Of a DNA stretch of 64,000 nt, positions 24,320 to 36,685 are shown piece by piece. The number at the start of each line of letters is the position of its first letter. Position 1 is the first letter of the stretch. The notes beneath the pieces are model-generated. The model saw nothing but the letters and a program-made list of their open reading frames with translations, did not search any database and was not told the DNA's origin. Position numbers and translations under genes: made by a program. The stretch comes from Geosiphon pyriformis uo1 (lineage: Eukaryota > Fungi > Glomeromycota): the NCBI GenBank assembly GCA_016748015.1, contig JAAOMT010000514.1, forward strand, positions 356,924 to 420,923, in the 5' to 3' direction.

Positions 24320-26466
24320 AGCTTATATGCTCTATTTTCCAAAATTTCTTTAATGTGAAATGGTCCATCTCATTTGGGGTCAAACTTTTTATTCCATTGT
24401 TTTTCTGCTTTGATACAATATAGAAATACTTTGTCTCCAATCTTGAATTCGACTGGTTTATTTGGTAATTGGTTATTATGCCATTCTTTTTGTTTTGCTT
24501 GTAACTTTTGGATGTTATCAACTGCTTTTTGTTATTTGTTTTCTAAAGTTTTTATTAAGTTATACATTCTTCTTAATAATGTTTCTTAGAAATTGTCTTC
24601 TGTTATTAGTTCTGTTGAATATGTATTGACTTCTATTTTAACTAGTAATGTTGGAGTTCTACCATATATTAATTCAAATGGTGTCACTTGTGTGGTATCT
24701 TGCTTTATTGTCTAATAAGCAAATAATACTAATGATATAAATAAATCTCATTTGTTCTGGTTTTCTTGGCTGATTTTAGCAATTGCTTCACACAATGTTC
24801 TGTTGAACTTTTCAACTAAACCATTTGTTTGTAGATAGTATGATGATAATAATGGTTTTTTAATTCCAAATTTTAACTTAATTCTGTTAGTATTCTGTTT
24901 ATAAAGTGAGTTCTTTGATCTGATAACAATTCTTTTAAATATCTATGTTGACAAATTAGATCTTAATAAACAAATTTGGCTATGAATTCTGCATCTGCTC
25001 ATTGAATTGCTTTTACTTCTGGCCATTTTGTGAGATAATCTATGACTATTGCAATATATCTGTTGCTTTTGTTGGTGATTGTTAATGGTTTAACTAAATC
25101 AATTCCAATTCAATTAAATAGTTGTCCTACTTTAATTGGTTTCAATAGTTCACTGGGTTTTGTTCCTCTTCTTCTCTAATAAGCATCACAATTTTGAACA
25201 TATTAGATAATATCTGAATACCATTGATGACCAATAATATTTTTTTCTGGTTCTTTCTATGGTTGCTTCTTTATAAAAATGTCCTGCTATCAGATCTGAA
25301 TACATGCTGTATAGTATTGTTTCTTTTTCTGGTTCTGTGATTACTCTGAATAATTAATTTGAATCCTTTCTGTTTTTCCAATATAATATATTTTGGTAAA
25401 TAATAAAATATTTTAATTGTTGTTTTATGTTGTTTCATTTCTTTTAAGATAATTTTTCTTTAAACTGCTGGGTATTAATATAGTATGGAGTTGTTAATAT
25501 TTTTGTGTATTCATCTTTTGTTATATTTTTGGGTTGAAATGTTCTCAGATTTGTTTCATTTATAATAGACTGTTGGTATTTTTCTTTTTTTTTTCTTTTT
25601 TATAATGTACATTATAATTAAATAGTGAAAGTTCTATTTTCCATCTTATATAATGATTATTTCAGAATTTTTGTTTCTGAATTGAAATCAATCCTTTGTA
25701 ATTAGTGTACATATCAAACTTTTGATTCAAGTATTTTTTCTATTTAATAATAGCCTAATAAATAGCCAAGTATTCTAATACTGAAGTTCCATAGTTTTTT
25801 TTAGCTAAACTCAAACTTCTGTTGGCTTATACTACTGGGTGTTCTTATCTATTTAGTTTTTTCTAAAATAACATGGCTTTTAATGCTTGGTTTGATGCAT
25901 TTGTGATGATAATAAATGGTTTATTGTGATCTGAATATATTAGAACTGGAACTTGAATAAGTTTTTTTTTTAATGTATCAAATGTTTTTTGTTGTTTTTT
26001 TTTCCATTTGTATTTTATGTTCTTTGCTTGGAGCTGGTGGAGTAATTGGGCCAATTTGGAAAAATTCTGGATAAAATAGTAGTAGTATTCAGCAAATTTT
26101 AAGAATGTTCTTAATTTTGTAAGATTAGTTAGTACTAGAAAGTTTTTAACAATCTCAATTTTGTCTGGATCTGTTTTGATGCCATTTTTGCTTATAACAT
26201 GTCCCAAAAACTTAAGTTTAGTTTTTTCAAAGAAACACTTAGTGGTATTTAACTTTAATCCAATTCTTTTTAGTTTTTCAAACACTTGTTAGAGTTGGTA
26301 TAAATAATTATCAAATATCTTGAAGAACACATTGGTGTTATCTAAGTAAACAACTACTGATTTTCATAATAGTTCTTTATAAACTATTTTTATTAGCCAT
26401 TAAAAAGTAGCTGAAGCATTTATTAAGCCAAAAGACATAACTTTGAATTTGAAATTCTCTTTTTGG
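24320..26466 (-). pseudogene. pol: B2 pol, 3' part (RT end, RNase H, integrase)
   Basis: KFLGHVIS, KPFIIITNAS, DYLTKWPE, W(N)GPFHI motifs. Confidence 0.9.
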
Positions 26467-27287
26467 TGTTATTTATAAAAGATAAAAATTATAATAGTAT
26501 ATATTAGCCAATCAGAAGTAAACATAGTAAAATATGAAATTTTAGAATTTCTCTCAAAGAAATTACAAGATTCTCATATGAGGAATCACAGAATTCCAGA
26601 ATTTCAGGATTTTTTTTGAAGAATTGCAAAATTTCAGGAATTCCAAGATTTCTGATAAAAAAAATAAAAGAATTGAAGAATTTCAAATATGTATATATAG
26701 CAGTAGCATTAGAAGCAAAAAAGACAGATATCTCAGTTTAGATTTTATCTAAGCAATATTCTAATTCACAAATATCAATAAATAATTATTTGCTATCTCA
26801 ATCCACTCTTCACTATTAACATGAAGTGTTAATAGCTGCAAATACTTAACCACACTGGAACAATAGCTTTTAATCATGGTTATTAATGAGATACTAATAT
26901 TTATTGCCTTAACTTATTTTTTTTATTTTCTTTTATTTTCTTTTGTTATTTCTTGTTGTTAACTAATTAATAAGGATTAAAAAGCACTGAGTTACAGATT
27001 TTATAAGAACTGATAAAAAACTTGTAAAATAAGGGTAGAGAACTCATAAATTTAAGGATAGCTTACCAGGAGAATTACTGGCCATCACACTGAAAAAGAA
27101 ATTCAATAGAATTGCAATTTTGGGAGGCTATTAAAACAACAATTGAATCTCTGTCTATTATACAAAAAACTCCAACCAAAACCTTTAGATAACCAAAATC
27201 TTCAAATATTAACAACAAGATCAGCCATTAAGCACCAAGTTATGGGTTTGTTATTTGATTTGAGATCTCAAATAATCATCTATAACA
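26467..27287 (+). repeat. 5' LTR of B1 (CCAAT motif, GAATTCC-like tandem array, TATA)
   Basis: Collinear with 35875-36685. Confidence 0.93.
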
Positions 27288-28457
27288 TTTGGTGCTCTCT
27301 GTGAGATATAATTTAACAGAGAACCAGCACCAATAGCAACTATCTGAAACAGTAGCAGAATCTAAAGAAACAGAGACATTCCACTTGGAATTTGCAAAAT
27401 TTTTATTCCAATATTATTACACCCATCTCGAATTAACAAATAATAGTTGGCCAATAAAATTAGCTTTCAATTGCCATGTTAACAAAAAAATAGTATATCA
27501 TTTGGGAAACCAAAGAAATCCAGAATCTGCTTTTAATAATTTTTTTAATGAACTACTCCAAAGCACCACACTGCCACAGAATTATTTATTTGCACTATTT
27601 ATCATGGAAATAAATAGAAAAATAGAAAAATACACCAAACAAAGATTTCCCATTACTTTTGCCAACAAAAGAAAATTGCAAACACCAGCAGAAATTCCAA
27701 AGCAAATACAATTATCTACTTAGAAAAAACAGAGAGTTGATTTACCTGTTAATCTATCATATCATCATACACCCAGAAATACCATTAATATAACATCAAT
27801 AGATGTGTTAACCACAAATATAATAATACCATTAAACAGAATTCTGTTCCAAAGTAAACAAAAGAAAACAGAGTTATTAGAAACATATAACAATTATTTT
27901 GAGGGATTTAAATTGTGATCCCCAATACTATCAAGAACTTAATCATCATTATCACAACCAGATTTTAGAGCCATTAGTTCTTGAAAAATAACCAATTCCA
28001 AAGAAAAAGAAGATAGCAATCAAAAAATTAATAAGTGAAATCCAATTCTAAAAAACCCAGAAATTTAAATCCTGATTATTTTAACTCAGCAAAATTAGAA
28101 CAATCCAAATACCATTCCTATTGTTGCCCAAAACTTACTTTCAGTAATCATGATTGATCTACTACCAGTTTTACCAATTACCAAACAGTAACAGCAACAG
28201 CCACAACCACCACCCCAACAGTAACTACAATAGCAATCTCAACTCCAACCACAATAACAACTATTATTAGTACTAATGACATATATACCTATTGCCAAAA
28301 TTGAGAAATTTACTGGTAAAAATAATGATATCTAAGTATGACTTAACAACATAGAAAAAGTCATCACAGCCAATGGATGGAATAACAACAGAGCTCTTCA
28401 AGCAATTTCCTATTTTCTCCAAAATACTGCCAATTTATGGTATTAAAGCTTAGCTGC

Positions 28458-29342
28458 TGTTACTTATAGAATATAGAAATTATATTAGCATATAAATTAG
28501 CCAATCAGAAGTAGATATAGTAAATGTGGAATTCCAGGATTCTTTTCAGAGAAATTGCAGGATTCCAGAAATTTCAGAATTCTCATACAAGGAATCACAA
28601 GATTTCAGAATTCCAAGATTCTTCTTAAAAGAATTGTAGGATTCCAGAAATTCCAGAATTTCTGGCTAGAAAATTGAAGAATTCAAGGAATCTTATACAA
28701 TGAAATTTATGTATATATAGCAGTAGTATTAGAAGCTAGAAAATAAGTCAATTAGACTTTTAGACTTCTAAAGTCAGTAAGACTCTCAGAGTCAATTAGA
28801 TTTGCAAGTCATAATTATTAAATACCCTTCCTTCAAAAGATAGTATACTATAACTTGAAGTGAAATTGCTTCCATATTAATAAAATTATCTATTATTCTT
28901 AAATCCATGTTATTATCCACTACTTAATCTGCTGGCACAATAGCTCTTAATTATGGCTATTAACAAAACACTTATTTATTTTTTTATTTTTTTTATTTTT
29001 TTATTTTCTTTTATTTTCTTTATTTTTTTTTATTTTTTTTTGTTGTTTACTAATTGAAATTAAGGATTAAGTACTGAGTTATTGATGTCAAAGATAGCCT
29101 GGTAAAAGACCCCAAAGGAAGGGTATAAAGTTTGATAATTTAAGGATAGCTTACCAGAAGAGCATTTCTGCCAAATTACCAGCCACTATGCTAAGAAAGA
29201 AATTTGATGGAATTGTGATTTCGAAAAGCTATTAAAACATTATTGAATCTCTGTTCATTATACAAAGAACTCAACCAAAATCTTCAGATACAAACAATCT
29301 TCAGAAATCACCCAACAAACCATTTAAAAATTACCTGTAATA
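28458..29342 (+). mobile_element. Solo LTR of a family B variant inserted in B1 gag
   Basis: TGTTAC...TGTAATA termini; flanks CTGC/CTAT; gag sequence resumes after it. Confidence 0.88.
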
Positions 29343-32134
29343 CTATCAGACCACAAACTTTCTAAGAATTCAAACTTGAATTCTTGAGATATTTTAGTAA
29401 CAATAATAGCATTAATTGCTTGACAAATACTTTTACCACTATTAAGCAAGGAGAAAGTAAAGTAGTCATTACCTACCTAGGATGTTTTTACAGGAATCTG
29501 CACCAAATTTAAGCTATTGACACTAACTATTTTACAATGACTTAGATTTTGAATCAGTTTATTTATAGACTATACAATAGTATTCTCCAATATGTATATC
29601 CATTACATCCAATCAACCTTCAAGCTACAATCATCCACACCAGAGACTTTGAATCAGCTGAACTAGAAGCCAATCATGCACAAACTGTAAATTTAGTAAT
29701 AAACAGATTATTTTACTTGGATTCCAAATTAAAACAGTTCAGTAATTTGATCAATTAGAAATTAGAAAGATACTTAGTTAACAACAATCAGGCAATTTAT
29801 TAATCTCCACAATAATGCAATAATTAGGGAAATTTAAATTGTTCCCAAAATCAATTATGTCTATCATCATCAAGCAATCAACAATGACAACAGGAAATGC
29901 ATATTTGCCACTATTGCAGTAAACAAAAACATTTGAGAATTAACTGCTGACTAAGAATAGACAACCAATGATCAGAAAATTAGTATCAAAACTCCAATTG
30001 CAAATTTCAAACCTTGAACTACACCAACAATCTATTAACCAAACAATATTAATATTAGTCTCATTACTCTTAAATAATACAGCCAATATATCAAACACCA
30101 ATTTATCAACTGGCAACACCCATAATTTATTAACCACTGCAGCCACAAGTAATTTATTAGACATCTATAATTTCAATACTATTACCAAATACAGCTCAGA
30201 TAACATTAGAAAATTTCAGATTAAGAGTCACCCAAAACTGAAGATCAGTAATGGTTGTCCACAAACCAATTCTCAATTTCTCAAATCAGTCATCAAAATC
30301 ATGCCAGTGAAGTTCAAAAACCAGATACACTCAAAACCCAAATTTTCAACACTATTTAAGTCTCTTGGTTACCCCAGAAGACACCATATCTAACAACTTG
30401 GAAGCCAACCAAAAGCCACTTACCAGTAATATATTTCCAGCAATTATTACTGAAGACAAATTACTTGCAGCCATTTTTCTATTTGAACTCAAGGAATTAA
30501 CAACACTTCTTTTTAGCAGAGCCACTCTCAACACCAAACCTATTACTGTAATATACACTAATGCCAAAGTTGATGGTCAGTCTATTAAACTAATCCTTAA
30601 TAGCAAATCAGCAGACAGCATTATTACATGACAATTCATGGACAAATTAAGTCACTAAGTTAATTGCACTCTCAGCACCAGAATCATTACAGCTGATAGA
30701 GCAACCAAAACTTCTATAGGTGAAATTGACAACTTTCTATTTGAAGTCAACAGCATTATTATTTTCATCAAAGTCTTAGTAATAGAAGCCACTCAATACC
30801 AAGCACTTATTGGCAATGACTGGTTGTCTAAAACCAATACAGTGCTTGATTGGACTATACAAGAGCTCCAACTCAGTCAGAACGGATAACACACATGTGT
30901 ACCAACCATATGTGGTCACTTCAAGACTATTTACATTCCAGCACTACTAATTAAGCTTGAAAAAGAAAAAAAATCTATCTGAAAAGCCTACCAAGTCTCA
31001 TAAGCCAACAACAAGCACAATGAACTACTGCTTATACTTTTATGGGACAAAAAAGGAAAGGAAAAGCAAAAAGAAAAACTTACCTAGAATAATAATCAAA
31101 TATTGTAAACTAATAACAATCAGAATGAGCTGACACTAATTTGGAAGTAAGAAGAAACTGAAAAAGAGAAAAAAAAAGAAAAAGAAGAAAAGCCAGCACT
31201 TGCAACCACTACAACTTATACATCATACATCTATACTTTACCACAATCATCTAATTATTGCCAATTGAAACTGATGTGCATCAATTATGGCAAAAAATTG
31301 TTATTAATAGGCACATGCTGTGATGATAATAAAGAATACCCAATAACAACAAAATTTTATTGCTAACCATGTGTCTTAAAGTGTTTTGGATGACTTAAAC
31401 AACAAGAAAAATAGAATAATAAATCATGTCTTACATGTAGAAAAACTCTATTATATGAAAAAATGTGGAATAACATTCTAGAGCAAAGAGGAATGTACAA
31501 TAAATTATGCTAATACATGATCCTAATAAGTAACTGGATAAGAAAAAAGACACCAATAGAAGCAGTATGGAGAAGAGCAGTAAGATGTTTGGACAGATAT
31601 CCACATAACAATAACAAAATATGGTGCATAACACTTGTCAAAATCAAAGAAATGTTATCAGAAAAAATAAAAATGTTTAAAAACAACTCACCAGAACTCA
31701 TAAAACTTAATTGGAGCCCAAATTCAGATATTATCTTAGACTCTATGGACCCAGAACAATTTTACAAACACTATCAAGAATTAGCACTCACTAAAGAAGA
31801 GCAAGAACAATGTTTAGAACAGTTAAACACCTGATTATATAATTACTGTTTGATTCTATATAACTTTCAATATTGTAATAAGTGTGACTTCATCTATAAT
31901 CCACTACTACAAATAATTTACATGATTCCAGAGGAAGATGAACCAATTAGCAGCTGTGAAGTGAAATCAAAATTACAGTTCAATTCCAATTCAAACTCTG
32001 ACAATGATGACAACAAAAACAATAGTTCCAGCTCTATTCAAAATGACAATAAAGATAATAACAATTTGAACTCCAATTCAAACCCAAAACAATATATCAT
32101 ACTTTTTAACCTCACTAAAGAGCAGAAACTTAAA

Positions 32135-32555
32135 TGATTCAGTAATAATAATAAAGATATTATACCAAAATGCACACATAATACTAATACAGAATTTGAT
32201 TTAAGATATCCAAGAAAAGATGTTATCAAATTAGAACCCCATTTACACACCTGTATTAATCTTAAAGTAGCACTGGAAATCCTAGCAACAACAATAATTC
32301 AACTAGCATTTAAGAGTAGCTTAGCAAAAAAAAGAATTAATATTAGAGGAGGAATAATTGACACAGGTTATGTAGGAAATATTATTACAATGCTATAAAA
32401 TAACTTAGAAAAAGCCTATATTATAGAGCCAAATAAAAAGATAGCACAGACAATATTTCTGCTTCTGATTAAAATAGCTCAATTAGTATCAGTAAAAAAC
32501 AGAAAAAAATTAGAGATAACAGCAAGAGGAATTAGTGGATTCAGATCCACAGAAA
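32135..32555 (+). pseudogene. dut: dUTPase domain in B1 pol
   Basis: Motif-like stretches: TEFDL (AGxDL), SSLAKK (RSS), GGIIDTGYVGNI, KIAQ, RGISGFRST (RGxxGFGST). Confidence 0.9.
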
Positions 32556-34008
32556 AAATAGATGTACCAGTAAATATGGCTAAGAAAGAGATTGTTGACA
32601 AGAAAAAAATTATCTCCACTCATCAATCAATTTTTATTCTGCCATATAACTAATACATATTAACCATAAAAAGGAAAATAAAGGATCAAGCTTAAATTTT
32701 TGAAGTGGAAACTACCATTTGTAAATCAGAAAAAATTGGACTTACTAATCTTTACATACCAGCCAAAAGCCCAAAACATATTAAAATTTCCATCTACAAC
32801 ACAACAGAAAATGTCATTAAAATACTAAAAGAAACCACCATCAGATATTTAAGCATTAAAGTTGAAGAACAACTACCAAACCCCATTCTAGACTTTCTAC
32901 AACTGTGTAGATATGTGAATATCATATCACAAACAATATATGGACAAAAAGAATGTTATCTGCTCTAACCAAAACAATTGAAACAGATAAACTTAGGAAA
33001 TTTAGACTTACTACAATATATACAACTTAAAATATTACTTAACAATTTTAATAACATCTTTGCCAGTGAAAACAAATTTGGCAGAACTGACATAATCCAA
33101 CATCAAATTAAGACTGAAGATATAATGCCAATTAAACAAAAAGCATACCAAGTACCATCAGTAAGCCATGAAATTATCTGACAAGAGATTAATCGGATGT
33201 TAGACAATGGGTTAATTCAACTATTAATGAGTCCATAGTCATTATCAGTGGTACTAATTCATAAGAAAAATGGAAAAATCCACTTTTGTGTAGATTACCA
33301 AAAACTTAATAGAGTAACCAAAAGAGATAGCTACCCAACTCCAAAGATCTAAAAACTTTTTGATGCATTTGAAGAAAAGAAATGGTTCTCAACTTTAGAC
33401 TTGGATAGTGGTTACTGGCAAGTAGTTATAAAACCAGAAGATAAGGAGAAAACAGCTTTTACAACCCAAAAAAAAAATTTGAAATTTGAAATAATGCTAT
33501 TTGGCTTAATGAATATACCAGCCATATTTCAATGGTTTATAGAAATTGTCTATATTAGACTATTATGGAAATCAGTAGTTGTTTACTTTGATAACACCAA
33601 TGTGTTTTCCAAGACATTTGATGATTATTTACACCATCTTCAACAAGTATTTAAAAGACTAAGAAGAGCCAATTTAAAGTTAAATACCACTAAATGCTTC
33701 TTTGGCAAAACAGAATTAAAATTCTTGGGACATGTTGTAAGCAAAAACAGAATCAAGATGAATTCAGACAAAATTGAGATAGTTAAAAACTTTTTAGTAC
33801 CCATCAACTTGACTGAACTACAAGCATTTTTAGGATTTATAAATTACTATCATTACTTCATCAAAGACTTTTCTAAACTGGCTCAGTTATTACACCAGTT
33901 CTAAATAAAAAACACCAAATATAAATGGATGGAAACCCAGCAAGAAGCTTTTAATATATTAAGAAAAAAACTTATTTAAGCTTCAATATTAATTTATTCA
34001 GATTATAG

Positions 34009-34722
34009 TGTTACGGGTTGGAGTAACAAGCTAACGAATAGCAAGGGAGAACAGTATTGTATGGTGATAGAAATAAACAAAGAAGGAATTACAATAAGGG
34101 AGCGAATTGAATAAGTAGGAATTCAATGTGCATGATCAGTCTCATAAAAATCACAGTCGCTAATCTTTTCTTAAATCTGAAGGTAGAGGAATAGTTTGTG
34201 ATTGTCAACAAGATAACACTACTGCTATTATTCTATGCCTCAACTCGGCGATTCTTAGAATCAATAACAGGTATCATTGTACTTTTCAATCGTTTCTTTA
34301 TTCAATGAATTACAAGAGCAAGCCAATTGCTTCTCAGGCTAATTCTAACAAATACAAATCAAGAAGGGGAAAAGATAAGGTATGTGAATGCCAACAAGTA
34401 GATACTTGAAGGTAAGGAAAGGGGAATAAGCGATTATGAGAGGAAGTAATTAATATTCTTTATTTCGTTACTTTGATTATGTCTTTCTACAGCTAAGAGA
34501 ATCATTGCTTATATAGCTATCTAAAGTGGTCAATGACCAGGTCAATGATCAGGTCAATGATCAGGTCATTGATCAGGTCAATAATTAGGTCAATAATCAG
34601 GTCAATGATCAGGTCAATGGTCAGGTCAATGATCACTATCTAAAAATAGGGTGGCTAATTATATGACATCAGTGGCTAATACATGTGATAATTAATAAAA
34701 ACTATGTGTTTTAACCGTAACA
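34009..34722 (-). mobile_element. Young solo LTR, family A-related, inserted at the RT/RNase H junction of B1
   Basis: 8-bp perfect terminal inverted repeat TGTTACGG/CCGTAACA, perfect TSD ATAG, CpGs retained, 12-bp array ~8.5 units. Confidence 0.95.
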
Positions 34723-35874
34723 ATAGCAAGCCATTTATAATTACAATTGATGTATTGGGTTAAGCATTAAAAGCTGTACTATCTCAGAAAAAACCAGATA
34801 GAAGAGAACACTTAGTAGCATATGCTAATTACAGCTTAAGTCTAGCTGAAAAGAACTATAGAACTCCAACACTAGAATACTTAACAATCTATTGAGTAGT
34901 CATAAAATAGAAAAAATACTTAAGCCATAAATTCAACATATATATTGACCATAAAGGATTGACTTCAATCCAAAAACAAAAATTTGGAGATGATTGCTAT
35001 GCTAAATGAAAAATATAACTTTCACTATTTAATTATATAGTACATTACAAAAAGAGAAAAGAAAACAGAAATGCTAATAGTTTGTTACAGATAAGACAAA
35101 TTTAAGAACATTCCAATCCAAAAATATAACAAAAAATAAATACACAAAAATATTAACAACTCTAACACTATATTAATACCTAGTAGTTCAAGAAAAAATT
35201 ATCTTCAAAGAAACAAAACAATATAAAACAACAATTTAAACATTTTATCACTCACCAAAATATATTATATCAGAAAAACAAAAAGGATCCAGATCAATCA
35301 TTCAGAGTAATCACAGAAGCAAAAAAAAGAACAATACTATTTAATATATATTCAAATCTAATGGCAGGATATTTTTATAAAGAAGCAATCATGAAAAGAA
35401 CCAGAAAAAGATACTATTGACCATCTATATATCCAGACATTATTCAATATATTCAAAATTGTGATGCTTGTCAGAGAAGAAGAGAAACAAAATCCAGTAA
35501 GCCACTAAGACCAATCAAAGTAGGACAATTATTTGATCACATTGGAATTGACTTAATCAGACTATTAATAATAACCAGCAGAGAAAACAGATATATTGCA
35601 GTAGTCATGGATTATCTTACTAAATGGCCAGAAGCAAGAGTCATCTATCAATTATATGCTGGATTTTAAGACTAACCAGAAATACTACTTAACATAGTAA
35701 TAAACACAGTTACTATGAATTAAATAGGTAAAATAACCAATGCCCAATTTAAAGAATTACAGACCAAAATAACACAAATAATTCTTGGAAAAAAAGTCCA
35801 AAAAATGATCAAAAAAGAAGAATTAAGAGAGTTTAGGGATCTTGATGGAGCTCAATATTAAAAAAAGTGAATAA

Positions 35875-36685
35875 TATTACTTATAGAAGATAAGAATCAT
35901 AATAGTATATATTAGCCAATTAAAAGTAGACATAGTAAAATATGAAATTTCAGAATTTCTCTCAGAGGAATTACAAGATTCCAGAAATTACAGAATTCTT
36001 ATACAAAGAATTACAGGATTCCAGAAATTCCCGAATTCTTGATGGGAGGAATAGAAAAATTGAGGAATCTCAAATATGTATATATAGCAGTAGCATTAAA
36101 AACAGAAAAGACAGATCTCTCAGTTTAGATTTTATCTAAGCAACATTCTAATTCACAAATATCAATAAATAATTATTTGTTATCTCAATCTACTCTCTAC
36201 TATCAACACTTTATATTGATAACTGTAAATACTTAACCATATTGGAATAATAGTTCTTGATTATACTTATTGACAGAATACTAACATTTATTGTTTTGGC
36301 TTATTTTTTTTGTTTTTTTTTTATTTTATTTTATTTTATTTTGTTATTTCTTGTTGTTGACTAATTGATAAGGATTAAAAAGTGCTGAGTTATAGATGTC
36401 ATAGGGACTGGTAAAAGACCTGTAAAATAAGGATAGAAAATTCATAGATTTAAGAATAGCTTACCAAGCAAATTACCAGCCATCATGCTGAGAAAAAAAT
36501 TTGATGGAATTACGATTCTGGGAGGCTACTAAAACAACAATTGAATCTTTGTCTATTATACAAAGAACTTCAACCAAAACTTTCAGATAACCAAAATCTT
36601 CAAATATTAACAATGAAATCAGCCATTAAGCATCAAGTTATGAGTTTGTTATTTAATTTAAGACTCCAAATAATCACTTATAACA
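35875..36685 (+). repeat. 3' LTR of B1
   Basis: Collinear with 26467-27287; preceded by purine-rich tract. Confidence 0.93.

Larger units (their letters stand above)
27320..35645 (+). pseudogene. B1 gag-pol: gag, CCHC, protease, Cys-rich module, dUTPase, RT, RNase H, truncated integrase
   Basis: CHYCSKQKHLRINC 29906; IKLILNSKSAD (decayed DSG); FCVDYQKLN, DLDSGYWQ, YFDN (decayed YLDD); DYLTKWPEAR; start approximate. Confidence 0.9.
26467..36685 (+). mobile_element. Ty3/gypsy family B, copy B1 (dUTPase-bearing; IN/ORF3 internally deleted; carries two solo LTRs)
   Basis: LTRs 26467-27287 and 35875-36685, PBS 27290-27306, flanks TTGG/TCAG; host RT sequence resumes at 36686. Confidence 0.93.

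Noticed and set aside
29968-30393. S/T/N-rich ORF suggesting a gag-pol frameshift in family B
   Set aside because: The zinc knuckle and protease share another frame that reads through once decay stops are reverted, so this is a shadow frame.
32135-32555. Host dUTPase gene
   Set aside because: Embedded in pol at the same position in two element copies and decayed like the rest of the TE.
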